Source: Macrostomum lignano
Taxonomy: Eukaryota
Assembly: GCA_002269645.1 (NCBI GenBank)
Contig: NIVC01001839.1
Coordinates: 215,595-279,594 of the forward strand
Length of the DNA: 64,000 bases
Direction of reading: 5' to 3'
Shown here: piece after piece, positions 24,401-36,400 of the stretch
How positions within the stretch are numbered: position 1 is the first letter of the stretch
Layout of the letters: each line of letters begins with the position of its first letter
Made by a program: the position numbers and the translations under genes
The notes under the pieces: generated by a model
Told to the model about the DNA's origin: nothing
Databases searched by the model: none
What the model saw: only the letters and a program-made list of their open reading frames with translations

Positions 24401-27400
24401 CGCCTTCTGTCTGGCGCCGGCGTCTGGCTGTTGGCGCGCACCGGCGGAGTCGTTCGAGGCGGTGCCAGCTGAGGACCGCCTGATTGACTGGGCTGAGTGC
24501 GGGTGAGCTGAAGGAGGGATGTAGCCTCTGCTGAGGGAGGAGTGTAGCCTAAGCTGAGGGAGGGGTGTAGCCTGAGCTGAGGGAGGGGTGTAGCCTGAGC
24601 TGAGGGAGGGGTGTAGCCTGTGCTGAGGGAGGAGTGTAGCCTAAGCTGAGGGAGGGGTGTAGCCTCAGCTGAAAGAGGGGTGTAGCCTGAGCTGAGGGAG
24701 GGGTGTAGCCTGAGCTGAGGGAGGGGTGTAGCCTCAGCTGAGGGAGGGGTGTAGCCTGAGCTGAGGGAGGGGTGTAGCCTGAGCTGAGGGAGGAGTGTAG
24801 CCTCAGCTGAGGGAGGGGTATAGCCTGTGCTGAAGGAGGGGTGTAGCCTGAGCTGAGGGAGGGGTGTAGCCTCAGCTGAGGGAGGGGTGTAGCCTCAGCT
24901 GAGGGAGGGGTGTAGTCTCAGCTGAGGGAGGGGTGTAGCCTGAGCTAAGGGAGGGGTGTAGCCTCAGCTGAGGGAGGAGTATAGCCTGAGCTAAGGGAGG
25001 GGTGTAGTTTCAGCTGAGGGAGGGGTGTAGCCTCAGCTGAGGGAGGGGTGTAGCCTCAGCTGAGGGAGGGGTATAGCCTGTGCTGAAGGAGGGGTGTAGC
25101 CTGAGCTGAGGGAGGGGTGTAGCCTCAGCTGAGGGAGGGGTGTAGTCTCAGCTGAAGGAGGGGTGTAGCCTCAGCTGAGGGAGGGGTGTAGCCTGAGCTG
25201 AGGGAGGGGTGTAGCCTCAGCTGAGGGAGGGGTGTAGCCTCAGCTGAGGGAGGGGTGTAGCCTCAGCTGAGGGAGGGGTGTAGCCTGAGCTGATTGCAGC
25301 ATTAAAGATCATAGAGTGGATATGCAAGTAATTTTGCCTTCAAACACTTGCAGCTCCGAGGAGAAGGTGCTTACAGAACTGAGCAGCACGATTGACAGGT
25401 TGGCGTCGTCTGCCGATGGTTTTCTATGCAATCGACTAGCATTGTGCTGCAGTTTTCTACCGATGAGCAAATTCGCGTAAGTTTTTGGCAGATTGTGAAT
25501 ATTCACTACGAGTAACTGACGAAGCCGAAAATGATAAAATGAAATTAAAAATATCGAATCATTGTCTCAATTTGCAGATCAGAGTCAAGCCTAGCCAGTG
25601 TATTGGACAAGCTTGTCAATCTGACAGTGAGACAGCTGTCAAACAGTTCTCAAACAGTTGCCCTAACGCTGGACCAATGCCAAGCATTGTTTCGCTGCAT
25701 CTACGCTCTGCTAAATCTATCCGCTGATGCCGCTCAACTGCAGAATTTAATTAGTTCGCTAATAGATTCGTTGCCCTGCAATTGCGCTAGCCCGATCTAT
25801 TGGAAGTGTATCGATTTTCTGTTGCAATTCCTGTCAGATAGAGGCGACCATTTGAAGTTGATATTCGACAATAGTAATCTTGCTAATAAGCTCAATAGTT
25901 TGGCTATTGATTGTTTAACATCGGCTAATCATTGCGTCAGGCTGCACTGCTTGCGCACGCTGCGTCAAATTGTTAAACAAGATGCCAACAATCCAGACGA
26001 TTCAGTGTTATTATTGTTGCGCTGTATCGAGTCCTGTCTAGCTGCCGAGTCGTTAACAGTTGGTATTGAAAATCTGCGGGAATGCTTGCGTCTGTTGGAT
26101 GGTCTGGATGCTGAACGGTTGGCAGCTGCATCGGCGGCGCCTAGCGTAGCTGTCAGTACGCTGTGCTGTCGCTATCTGTTAGGCCTGCTCCGTACCCAGT
26201 TCACTCCGCTGTGGACTCCCATAGCTAAACTGTTAGCTAGCCATGCCGCCTATGCTGGATCAGCATTTTGGTCAGTTTTAACCTCAGCTCTGACCACTGC
26301 TAATCTCGACTCAGCTAGCATTATTAAGGACAATGCATTTGAGACTGACGATAACGGCGATGACAAACAACAAAAAGAAGAGGTTGCTATGGCAACCGAT
26401 TCTGGAGACACTGTTTTTATTAATAGTTTCCTTGACAACGAAGCGAAGCGACTCTCGTACGGCCAGTCAAGCCCGAGTCTTGAGCGCATTGATCCGCTTA
26501 CCTATCGGCTGCAGCTGTGGCGGTGCCTGCGTGTCCTATCGCCCCAGCTAGTTGCTAAGCGAACCGCTATCACCTCGCCATTGATTTTAGCCTGCCTTCG
26601 CAACGGAGAATTTTGTCCTAGCCTGAATCGCGAACCTTGGATTATCCGACGGCGTTGCCAAGCAACCCTAGTTGCTATGCTAGATTTGTACTCCGGCCTG
26701 GGGAAAGCTATTAAATGTGTCAGCGGTGAAGCGGAGTTGCATCGCTGGTACTACAGCTTATTGCAGTGCTCCGTGGCTCAGGTGATGATCATTAATGACT
26801 GGATAGAGCTGAGCTAAGGGAAGCTTGAGACTAGATAGAGCTGAGATAGAGGAAGGATAGAGACTGTATAGAGTTGATCTAATGGAAGGATGGAGACTAG
26901 GTGTTGAGGTAAAGAAAGGATAGAGTCAGGATAGAGCTAAGAGAGGAGAAGGATAGAGTCAGGATAGAGCTAAGAGAGGAGAAGGATAGAGTCGGGATAA
27001 AGCTAAGAGAGGAGAAGGAAAGAGTCAGGATAGAGCTAAGAGAGAAGAAGGATAGAGTCAGGATAGAGCTAAGAGAGGGAAAGGATAGAGTCGGGATAGA
27101 GCTGAGAGAGGAGAAGGATAGAGTCGGGATAGAGCTAAGAGAGGGAAAGGATAGAGTCGGGATAGAGCTGAGAGAGGAGAAGGATAGAGTCGGGATAGAG
27201 CTAAGAGAGGAGAAGGATAGAGTCGGGATAGAGCTAAGAGAGGGAAAGGATAGAGTCGGGATAGAGCTGAGAGAGGAGAAGGATAGAGTCGGGATAGAGC
27301 TAAGAGAGGGAAAGGATAGAGTCGGGATAGAGCTGAGAGAGGAGAAGGATAGAGTCGGGATAGAGCTAAGAGAGGAGAAGGATAGAGTCGGGATAGAGCT

Positions 27401-30400
27401 GAGAGAGGGAAAGGATAGAGTCGGGATAGAGCTAAGAGAGGAGAAGGATAGAGTCAGGATAGAGCTAAGAGAGGAGAAGGATAGAGTCGGGATAGAGCTG
27501 AGAGGAGAAGGATAGAGTCGGGATAGAGCTGGGAGAGGGAAAGGATAGAGTCAGAATAGAGCTGAGAGAGGGAAAGGATAGAGTCGGGATAGAGCTAAGA
27601 GAGGAGAAGGATAGAGTCGGGATAGAGCTAAGAGATGAGAAGGATAGAGTCGGGATAGAGCTAAGAGGAAAGGATAGAGTCGGGATAGAGCTAGGAGAGG
27701 GAAAGGATAGAGTCGGGATAGAGCTGGGAGAGGGAAAGGATAGAGTCGGGATAGAGCTGAGAGAGGGAAAGGATAGAGTCGGGATAGAGCTAAGAGAGGA
27801 GAAGGATAGAGTCGGGATAGAGCTAAGAGATGAGAAGGATAGAGTCGGGATAGAGCTAAGAGAGGAGAAGGATAGAGTCGGGATAGAGCTGAGAGGAAAG
27901 GATAGAGTCGGGATAGAGCTAAGAGGAAAGGATAGAGTCGGGATAGAGCTAAGAGGAAAGGATAGAGTCGGGATAGAGCTGAGAGGAGAAGGATAGAGTC
28001 GGGATAGAGCTGAGAGGAGAAGGATAGAGTCGGGATAGAGCTGAGAGGAGAAGGATAGAGTCGGGATAAAGCTAAGAGAGGAGAAGGATAGAGTCGGGAT
28101 AGAGCTAAGAGAGGAAAGGATAGAGTCGGGATAGAGCTGAGAGGAAAGGATAGAGTCGGGATAGAGCTGGGAGGAAAAGGATAGAGTCGTGATAGAGCTG
28201 AGAGGAGAAGGATAGAGTCGGGATAGAGCTGAGAGGAGAAGGATAGAGTCGGGATAGAGCTGAGAGGAGAAGGATAGAGTCGGGATAAAGCTAAGAGAGG
28301 AGAAGGATAGAGTCGGGATAGAGCTAAGAGAGGAAAGGATAGAGTCGGGATAGAGCTGAGAGGAAAGGATAGAGTCGGGATAGAGCTGGGAGGAAAAGGA
28401 TAGAGTCGTGATAGAGCTGAGAGGAGAAGGATAGAGTCGGGATAGAGCTAAGAGACGAGAAGGATAGAGTCGGGATAGAGCTGGGAGAGGGAAAGGATAG
28501 AGTCAGAATAGAGCTGAGAGAGGGAAAGGATAGAGTCGGGATAGAGCTAAGAGAGGGAAAGGATAGAGTCAGGATAGAGCTAAGAGAGGAGAAGGATAGA
28601 GTCAGGATAGAGCTAAGAGGAAAGGATAGAGTCGGGATAGAGCTAGGAGAGGGAAAGGATAGAGTCGGGATAGAGCTGGGAGAGGGAAAGGATAGAGTCA
28701 GAATAGAACTGAGAGAGGGAAAGGATAGAGTCGGGATAGAGCTGAGAGGAGAAGGATATAGTCGGGATAGAGCTGAGAGGAGAAGGATAGAGTCGGGATA
28801 AAGCTAAGAGAGGAGAAGGATAGAGTCGGGATAGAGCTAAGAGAGGAAAGGATAGAGTCGGGATAGAGCTGAGAGGAGAAGGATAGAGTCGGGATAGAGC
28901 TAAGAGAGGAAAGGATAGAGTCGGGATAGAGCGGAGAGGAGAAGGATAGAGTCGGGATAGAGCTAAGAGAGGAAAGGATAGAGTCGGGATAGAGCTGAGA
29001 GGAGAAGGATAGAGTCGGGATAAAGCTAAGAGAGGAGAAGGATAGAGTCGGGATAGAGCTGAGAGGAGAAGGATAGAGTCGGGATAGAGCTGGGAGAGAG
29101 AAAGGATAGAGTCAGAATAGAGCTGAGAGAGGGAAAGGATAGAGTCGGGATAGAGCTAAGAGAGGAGAAGGATAGAGTCGGGATAGAGCTAAGAGATGAG
29201 AAGGATAGAGTCGGGATAGAGCTAAGAGGAAAGGATAGAGTCGGGATAGAGCTGGGAGAGGGAAAGGATAGAGTCAGAATAGAACTGAGAGAGGGAAAGG
29301 ATAGAGTCGGGATAGAGCTAAGAGAGGAGAAGGATAGAGTCGGGATAGAGCTGAGAGAGGAGAAGGATAGAGTCGGGATAGAGCTGAGAGAGGAGAAGGA
29401 AAGAGTCAGGATAGAGCTGAGAAAGGAGAAGGAAAGAGTCAGGATAGAGCTGAGAAAGGAGAAGGAAAGAGTCAGGATAGAGCTGAGAGAGGAGAAGGAA
29501 AGAGTCAGGATAGAGCTGAGAGAGGAGAAGGATAGAGTCGGGATAGAGCTGAGAGAAGGATAGAGCTGAGAGAAAGAAAGGATAGAGTCGGAGTAACAAT
29601 AAGTAAATCAGGATCGAGATAAGGAAGGGGTTAGATTCGATAATAATTTTGTTTGAAAAAGCATTTATCTTCATTTCCCAGGTGCGCAAAGCGGCACTGC
29701 GATGCATAATAGCCTACGGCGACAAGACCCTGGCGGGCAAACCGGCGGCCGCCTCCTCAGTGGACTGGATTGGCTTTTTGCATCGTCTGTCAGATTTCAA
29801 ATCAACAAAAGAAGCTTTAGTTAGCATCGGCGGTGACCTGTCGGAGGCTAGCGAACTGCAGAGGCAGGCCGTCTTAGCGGTTGCTATGCGCCTGTTGCTG
29901 GGCAGGGTGCGCAGCGGCGGCGGCGCTGGCGGTCAATTGCAATGCATCTTCGCTTTCCTAGAAGAGAGTTGCCAACCGGAGGAGCGAAGGAGCTTTCTAA
30001 ATCAGCTGTTGTTTGATCAGTTTGCCGGATTAAGCCTGGACAATGTGTCCAGTATTGAAATTGACAGCGACGTGTCCATTGGCAGGCTGCAGGCTGCGGC
30101 GAAATGCGCCCTGCTTGTGCTGTCCAGCATGAGACTGGATGCCAGCGAGCTGTGCAGATTATACAGTCTGCTGCTGTGTTTCTGCGCTTTGCTGCCGCGG
30201 TTGGCTGCAAGTTTAGCCGCTAATAATACTACTAGTGTTAGTCGGATCGCGAGTAGTCAGTTGCGTGGCTTGAGACAGGCTTGTCAGAAAGCTGTTCTGA
30301 GAGCGCTGGAGTCTGGCAGCGATCGGTTGCTCACTGAGCGGCTTATTGATGACACTTTCAAGTGAGCTCTGTTTTTTATTATTCTTCAGACTGAGTAGTC

Positions 30401-33400
30401 CATCGCCAGCCTCCCAGATCCTCAGTTGCTGTGCCAGCCTCCCAGATCCTCAGTTGCTGTGCCAGCCTCCCAGATCCTCAGTTGCTGTGCCAGCCTCCCA
30501 GATCCTCAGTTGCTGGGCTAGTCTCCTAGATCCTCATTTGCTGGACCAGCCTCCCAGATCCTCATTTGCTGGACCAGCCTCCCAGATCCTCAGTTGCTGG
30601 GCCAGCCTCCCAGATCCTCATTTGCTGGACCAGCCTCCCAGATCCTCAGTTGCTGGGCCAGTCTCCCAGATCCTCATTTGCTGGACCAGCCTCCCAGATC
30701 CTCATTTGCTGGGCCAGCCTCCCAGATCCTCATTTGCTGGACCAGCCTCCCAGATCCTCAGTTGCTGGGCCAGCCTCCCAGATCCTCATTTGCTGGACCA
30801 GCCTCCCAGATCCTCAGTTGCTGGGCCAGTCTCCTAGATCCTCATTTGCTGGACCAGCCTCCCAGATCCTCATTTGCTGGACCAGCCTCCCAGATCCTCA
30901 GTTGCTGGGCCAGCCTCCCAGATCCTCATTTGCTGGACCAGCCTCCCAGATCCTCAGTTGCTGGGCCAGCCTCCCAGATCCTCAGTTGCTGTGCCAGCCT
31001 CCCAGATCCTCAGTTGCTGGGCCAGTCTCCTAGATCCTCATTTGCTGGACCAGCCTCCCAGATCCTCATTTGCTGGGCCAGCCTCCCAGATCCTCATTTG
31101 CTGGACCAGCCTCCCAGATCCTCAGTTGCTGGGCCAGTCTCCTAGATCCTCATTTGCTGGACCAGCCTCCCAGATCCTCATTTGCTGGACCAGCCTCCCA
31201 GATCCTCAGTTGCTGGGCCAGCCTCCCAGATCCTCATTTGCTGGACCAGCCTCCCAGATCCTCAGTTGCTAGGTCAGCCTCCCAGATCCTCAGTTGCGAT
31301 CCCTTATCGTATACTCAGATAGGCTGGTTAAGAACCCACTTCTGCAAGTCACTCGGTTGATCGATCCGACCTTAAAATTCGCAGGCACTGCGTGGAGCCC
31401 CATCTGCCCCGCCTAGCAACCGAAGCAGCCACCGCAGGCACGCCCGGCCTCGCGCTGCGCCTGCTCCAGATCTGGTCGGCCGACAATCGTCACGATCGCC
31501 TATTAGAAGGCCAGCCAATTCAATCGTTAGCCGAGTTGCTAAGCAACGCTAATTCGCCTAGCAACGGAAGCGTTAGCGAACCTGTCCTACTAGCCTGCCT
31601 GTCAATCTTCAACAATTTACTAGGCGAAGAGGCGGATTCCACTGCACCGATTGAGGCTATGCAAGCTGATAATAGGAAGCTGTCCCGGCCTCACTATCTG
31701 ATGCCGGTTGCAGATTCTCTAGCCAGCTTCGTGTCCAATCGTTTATCTCCCGGTAGATTAGAAGCTTCAATTGACGTGTCCAGAGAAGCGCTAAGGTTGC
31801 TGGCTCTTCTAGTAGACAACGGTCTGTACAGAGCCGAGGCGTGCGAGAAATTGGCTGGCACCCTGCTCAGACTGCTGCTGCTACCAGTGGATGGAAACAA
31901 GAGCAAATCATCGAAGAAGAAAGTTGGCGGCGGAATTGGCGGACTGAGAAGCGACGAGTTTCAGGCGCGTCTGTTGGCGGCACTGCTGACTCTGTTGAAG
32001 AGGGCCGCCTCACCATGTCGGACGCTGTTTCTGTGAGTATTATCAGTCTCAAGGGTGAGATTCCAGTCAGTCTTAGGGGTGAGATTCCAGTCAGTCTCAG
32101 GGGTGAGATTCCAGTCAGTCTCAGGGGTGAGATTCCAGTCAATCTCAGGGGTGAGATTCCAATCAGTCTCCGGGGTGAGATTCCAGTCAGTATCAGGGGT
32201 GAGATTCCAGTCAGTCTCAGGGGTGAGATTCCAGTCAGTATCAGGGGTGAGATTCCAGTCAGTATCAGAGGTGAGATTCTAGTCAGTCTCAGGGGTGAGA
32301 TTCCAGTCAGTATCAGGGGTGAGATTCCAGTCAGTATCAGGGGTGAGATTCCAGTCAGTATCAGAGGTGAGATTCTAGTCAGTCTCAGGGGTGAGATTCC
32401 AGTCAGTATCAGGGGTGAGATTCCAGTCAGTATCAGGGGTGAGATTCCAGTCAGTATCAGGGGTGAGATTCTAGTCAGTCTCAGGGGTGAGATTCCAATC
32501 AGTCTCAGGGGGATTTAAATCAGTCTCAGGGGAGATTTCAATCATATAGTATCAGTATTTAAATATTCACAAGTCAAACTTATAGTTTTAACAAAAAAAA
32601 TTATACTTCATATATTCCCTACTAAATCTCATATTTATTTCCACTAAATCTCATCGCACATGCAGGCAAGCGTTCACGCTGTTCTCAAAGCTCACTCACC
32701 GATCCAGTCGGATTCTGCTCTGCCAAATAGCGGAGGCTGCCGTCAATAAGCTGGGCTTGGTCAGCCAGCCTCTGGGCGAGCTGGCTAACGATGTAAGAAC
32801 ATTTCTTTGCATTGATTGCTACTTAGGGTTTTTTTCTAAGTAGTGCAGTTTGCCTCTGACTATCGTAAATTATTTGGCAAATAAAACCGTTTTTTAATTA
32901 TAGGTTATGTATATACTGCCTATTGTAAATCAACAACTGCATTAAGAAGGCATTTAGTCTATATAAAATGGATAATTTCGCACCTTTGTAATAAATTATT
33001 CTAGATTATATCTTTTTTAGCCTAAGCCTTTTACCTTTTCCTGTCATTTAGCCTGTTTATAGCTGCTATTAATTTTGCTGCTAGATGCTTATGTAGATTA
33101 ATCTAAGACTTCAACATCAACAGTTCCATAGGCTCGAACGATAAGACATGGACTGTGCATGCTGTCTTGCCTTGGTTTTTGCTGTCTAGATTTGTGTACT
33201 TTTAGCTGTATTATTATCGCATCTGAAGTATAGAATGCACCTTATGCATATTTATACATGTAGAGCTAATTCATTGATTTAGTTAGGCAGGATAGATTGG
33301 CTATCCCGATCAGTATAATAATAAGTTATTTTATCCCTATTCCTTCACTATCTCCTTAAGTGAAGACATATCCCTATAGCATTTGTTCAGAATTTGTCCT

Positions 33401-36400
33401 CATGGTTTAGTCAGGGTTTTTGTTTTAATTTGATAGAGAGGCATTCGTTTAAATTATTTAGCCAATCAATTTTATCGTGCGACCATTGCGTGACTGTTCG
33501 ACTCCCAGTGAGTTCTGCTCTCCACTTTTGTGGGCGTCCCAGTTGGCCCATAATTTATGGCCTGCTCATATTTTCTTTTCTCTCGATAAATTTCTCGATT
33601 TTTTACTGTTCATTTTTCGACCCTTGTTTATCATCCGCCGAATTTATTCATTTTTCTTATGCATCCTTTCTTCAGACTCTGCCATGAACCCTCCCTCAGA
33701 CTCTGCCATGAACCCTCCCTCAGACTCTGCCATGAACCCTCCCTCAGACTCTGCCATGAACCCTCCCTCAGACTCTACCATGAACCCTCCCTCAGACTCT
33801 ACCATGGACCCTCCTTCAGACTCTACCATGAACCCTCCCTCAGACTCTGCCATGAACCCTCCCTCAGACTCTGCCATGAACCCTCCCTCAGACTATACCA
33901 TGAACCCTCCTTCAGACTATACCATTAACCCTCCCTCCGAGTCTGCCATGAACCCTCCCTCAGACTATACCATGAACCCTCCTTCAGACTATACCATGAA
34001 CCCTCCTTCAGACTATACCATGAACCCTCCTTCAGACTATACCATGAACCCTCCTTCAGACTATACCATGAACCCTCCTTCAGACTATACCATGAACCCT
34101 CCTTCAGACTATACCATGAACCCTCCCTCAGACTATACCATGAACCCTCCCTCAGACTATACCATGAACCCTCCTTCAGACTATACCATGAACCCTCCCT
34201 CCGAGTCTGCCATGAACCCTCCCTCAGACTATACCATGAACCCTCCTTCAGACTATACCATGAACCCTCCCTCCGAGTCTGCCATGAACCCTCCCTCAGA
34301 CTATACCATGAACCCTCCCTCCGAGTCTACCATGAACCCTCCCTCAGAATCTACAATGAACCCTCCCTCAGAATCTGAAACAAACTATTTCTTAGAATTT
34401 GCTTCAACTGTTTCTTAGATTCTGTAATCTCTTCAAATCTACTTAATTCTTTACTTTTCTATTCCTCCTGTTACTTTTTCCACTAATAATTATTATACAC
34501 TGCAGCCAACGGCCCAACCTCTTGGGTGCCTAGCCATCCAGCGCTGCAAGTTAAGCAGAGTTGGTTGTGGTTAGTACGCAGCTTGCGGCACCCTCGAGTG
34601 CGGACGCCTTGAGGCTTGAGCGAGTAATAAAACTAAGCTGAAAGCTCTGTACAATTTGTACACAGTATTGCTTATGAATACAGATTTTGCTGAGCAGTTC
34701 ACTCACAGCCAAACCACTTATCCACCCATCCAGCTGAACGCCTGGGACAAACGGCACATTGAGATGCCCGACTTCGAACGGCGAGAACGCGGCCATCAAT
34801 CAGCTTTGACAATTGTGACGGCTTTGACAGCCGGTCCCAGCCTCTCTTCTTCATCATTGTCTGGCTGGTCTCAACTGCTTAACAATCGTTTAGAGACCCT
34901 GCTCATCGCTGAGCACTGCGCTCTGCATACCCTGGCTCACGTGACTGACGGCCCTCTGAGATTGTTGGCTTCGGAATTGCTGCAGTCTTTGATTGCTGCT
35001 TTGGCCGCTTTAGACATTGCGAGTACCGATGCAGCTGATCGTGATGAGTCTGAGGCTCGCTCTCGCGTGCTCAATATGCTCCTGTGGCGCTCCGTCTGGC
35101 CAGCCATTGCTCAGGGCGTCAAAATGGACGAGGTGAGGGGCCAGCTAGGTTTGCTGCTTGTTTTTTGGGGATCCTGTTCTCTCCCGCTATTATCCCGTTT
35201 TCTTCCCTGCTCTACAAATGTCCTCCCTGACTGACTCAAGAGTACCTTCTCGGACTTCCTATACCTTTAATTCCCCCTAATACCATCCTAGAACCTGCTC
35301 AAATTCCCCAAATACCTTCCTAGATTCCCCATAGCCTCTTACGAGGCTATGCCTCGTAGATTAGCCTCGTAGATTTAGCCCCATAGCCTCGTAGATGACG
35401 GATCTACGAGGCTTCTCGTAAATCCCCCAAATACCCTTCTTGATTCCCCATACCCTCTCGAATCCCCCAAATACCCTTTTTGATTCCCCATACCCTCTCG
35501 AATCCCCCAAATACCTTTTTTTATTCCCCATACCCTCTCGAATCCCCCAAATACCCTTTTTGATTCCCCATACCCTCTCAAATCCCCCAAATACCCTTTT
35601 TGATTCCCCATACCCTCTCGAATCCCCCAGAAACCCTTTTTGATTCCCCATACCCTCTCGAATCCCCCAAATACCCTTTTTGATTCCCCATACCCTCTCG
35701 AATCCCCCAAATACCCTTCTTGATTCCCCATACCTTCTCAAATTCCCTAAATACCCCCTAGATTCTCAATATCCTCTCATATTTCCTAAATACCCTCATA
35801 GATTCCCCATACCCTCTCAAATTCCCTAAATACCCTCCTAGATTCTTCATACCCTCTCTAATTCGCACACACCCTTCTATCTTCTTCTATTCCTGTCTGA
35901 GTTTGTTCTTTTGCCTCAGAAATTTCTGCTACCCATACTTCTGGCTCTTCTCACTCGCTGCTCAATAATTATGCCCCGTGTTGGGATTTATTTTCCTTCA
36001 CACAGGCACTGCTCTCTCAGTAGCATTCAGTAGGCCAATTTGGCTATCAATTTATTCTGTCTGTGCCTACCAGAGTATCGGTTCTCTTAATACACGGTTT
36101 TTTTCGCATTATTCATGAATATTTTCCTTCTCTATATGCTATGTTGACAATCCAAAAGTGATAAAAAATATACCAGCTGAGAGAATAAGTAGCCTGCCTC
36201 GCAGTGAGGCTTGTGTACTAACCTGTTAGTGCAAAGATGCTAGTTGATTAATGCTTGTTTCTGCTGACATACTCCCACCCACATTCTTCCCATTTTATAT
36301 ACAGATCCCCATTCTCCTTTCTAAACCTGCTCTAGACCCCCATTCTTCCCATCCATTCTAGAATTTCTCATAACAGTCTAGCTCTAGATCCCCATTCTTC

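Noticed and set aside
24503-32036. In-frame stop immediately inside several donors
   Set aside because: A direct consequence of phase-2 introns beginning GTGA or GTAA.
34506-34733. Earlier acceptors for UTP20 exon 12 (CTGCAG at 34505 and others)
   Set aside because: The 34505 site meets an in-frame TAG at 34572; the acceptor at 34733 gives ELAND|LNAWDKRH, matching UTP20.
30346-35741. ORFs of 100-313 aa in UTP20 introns 9-12 (PRSSFAGPASQ, GEIPVSLR, MNPPSDYT, GIKKGIWG)
   Set aside because: Repeat translations inside introns whose removal gives a continuous UTP20 frame.
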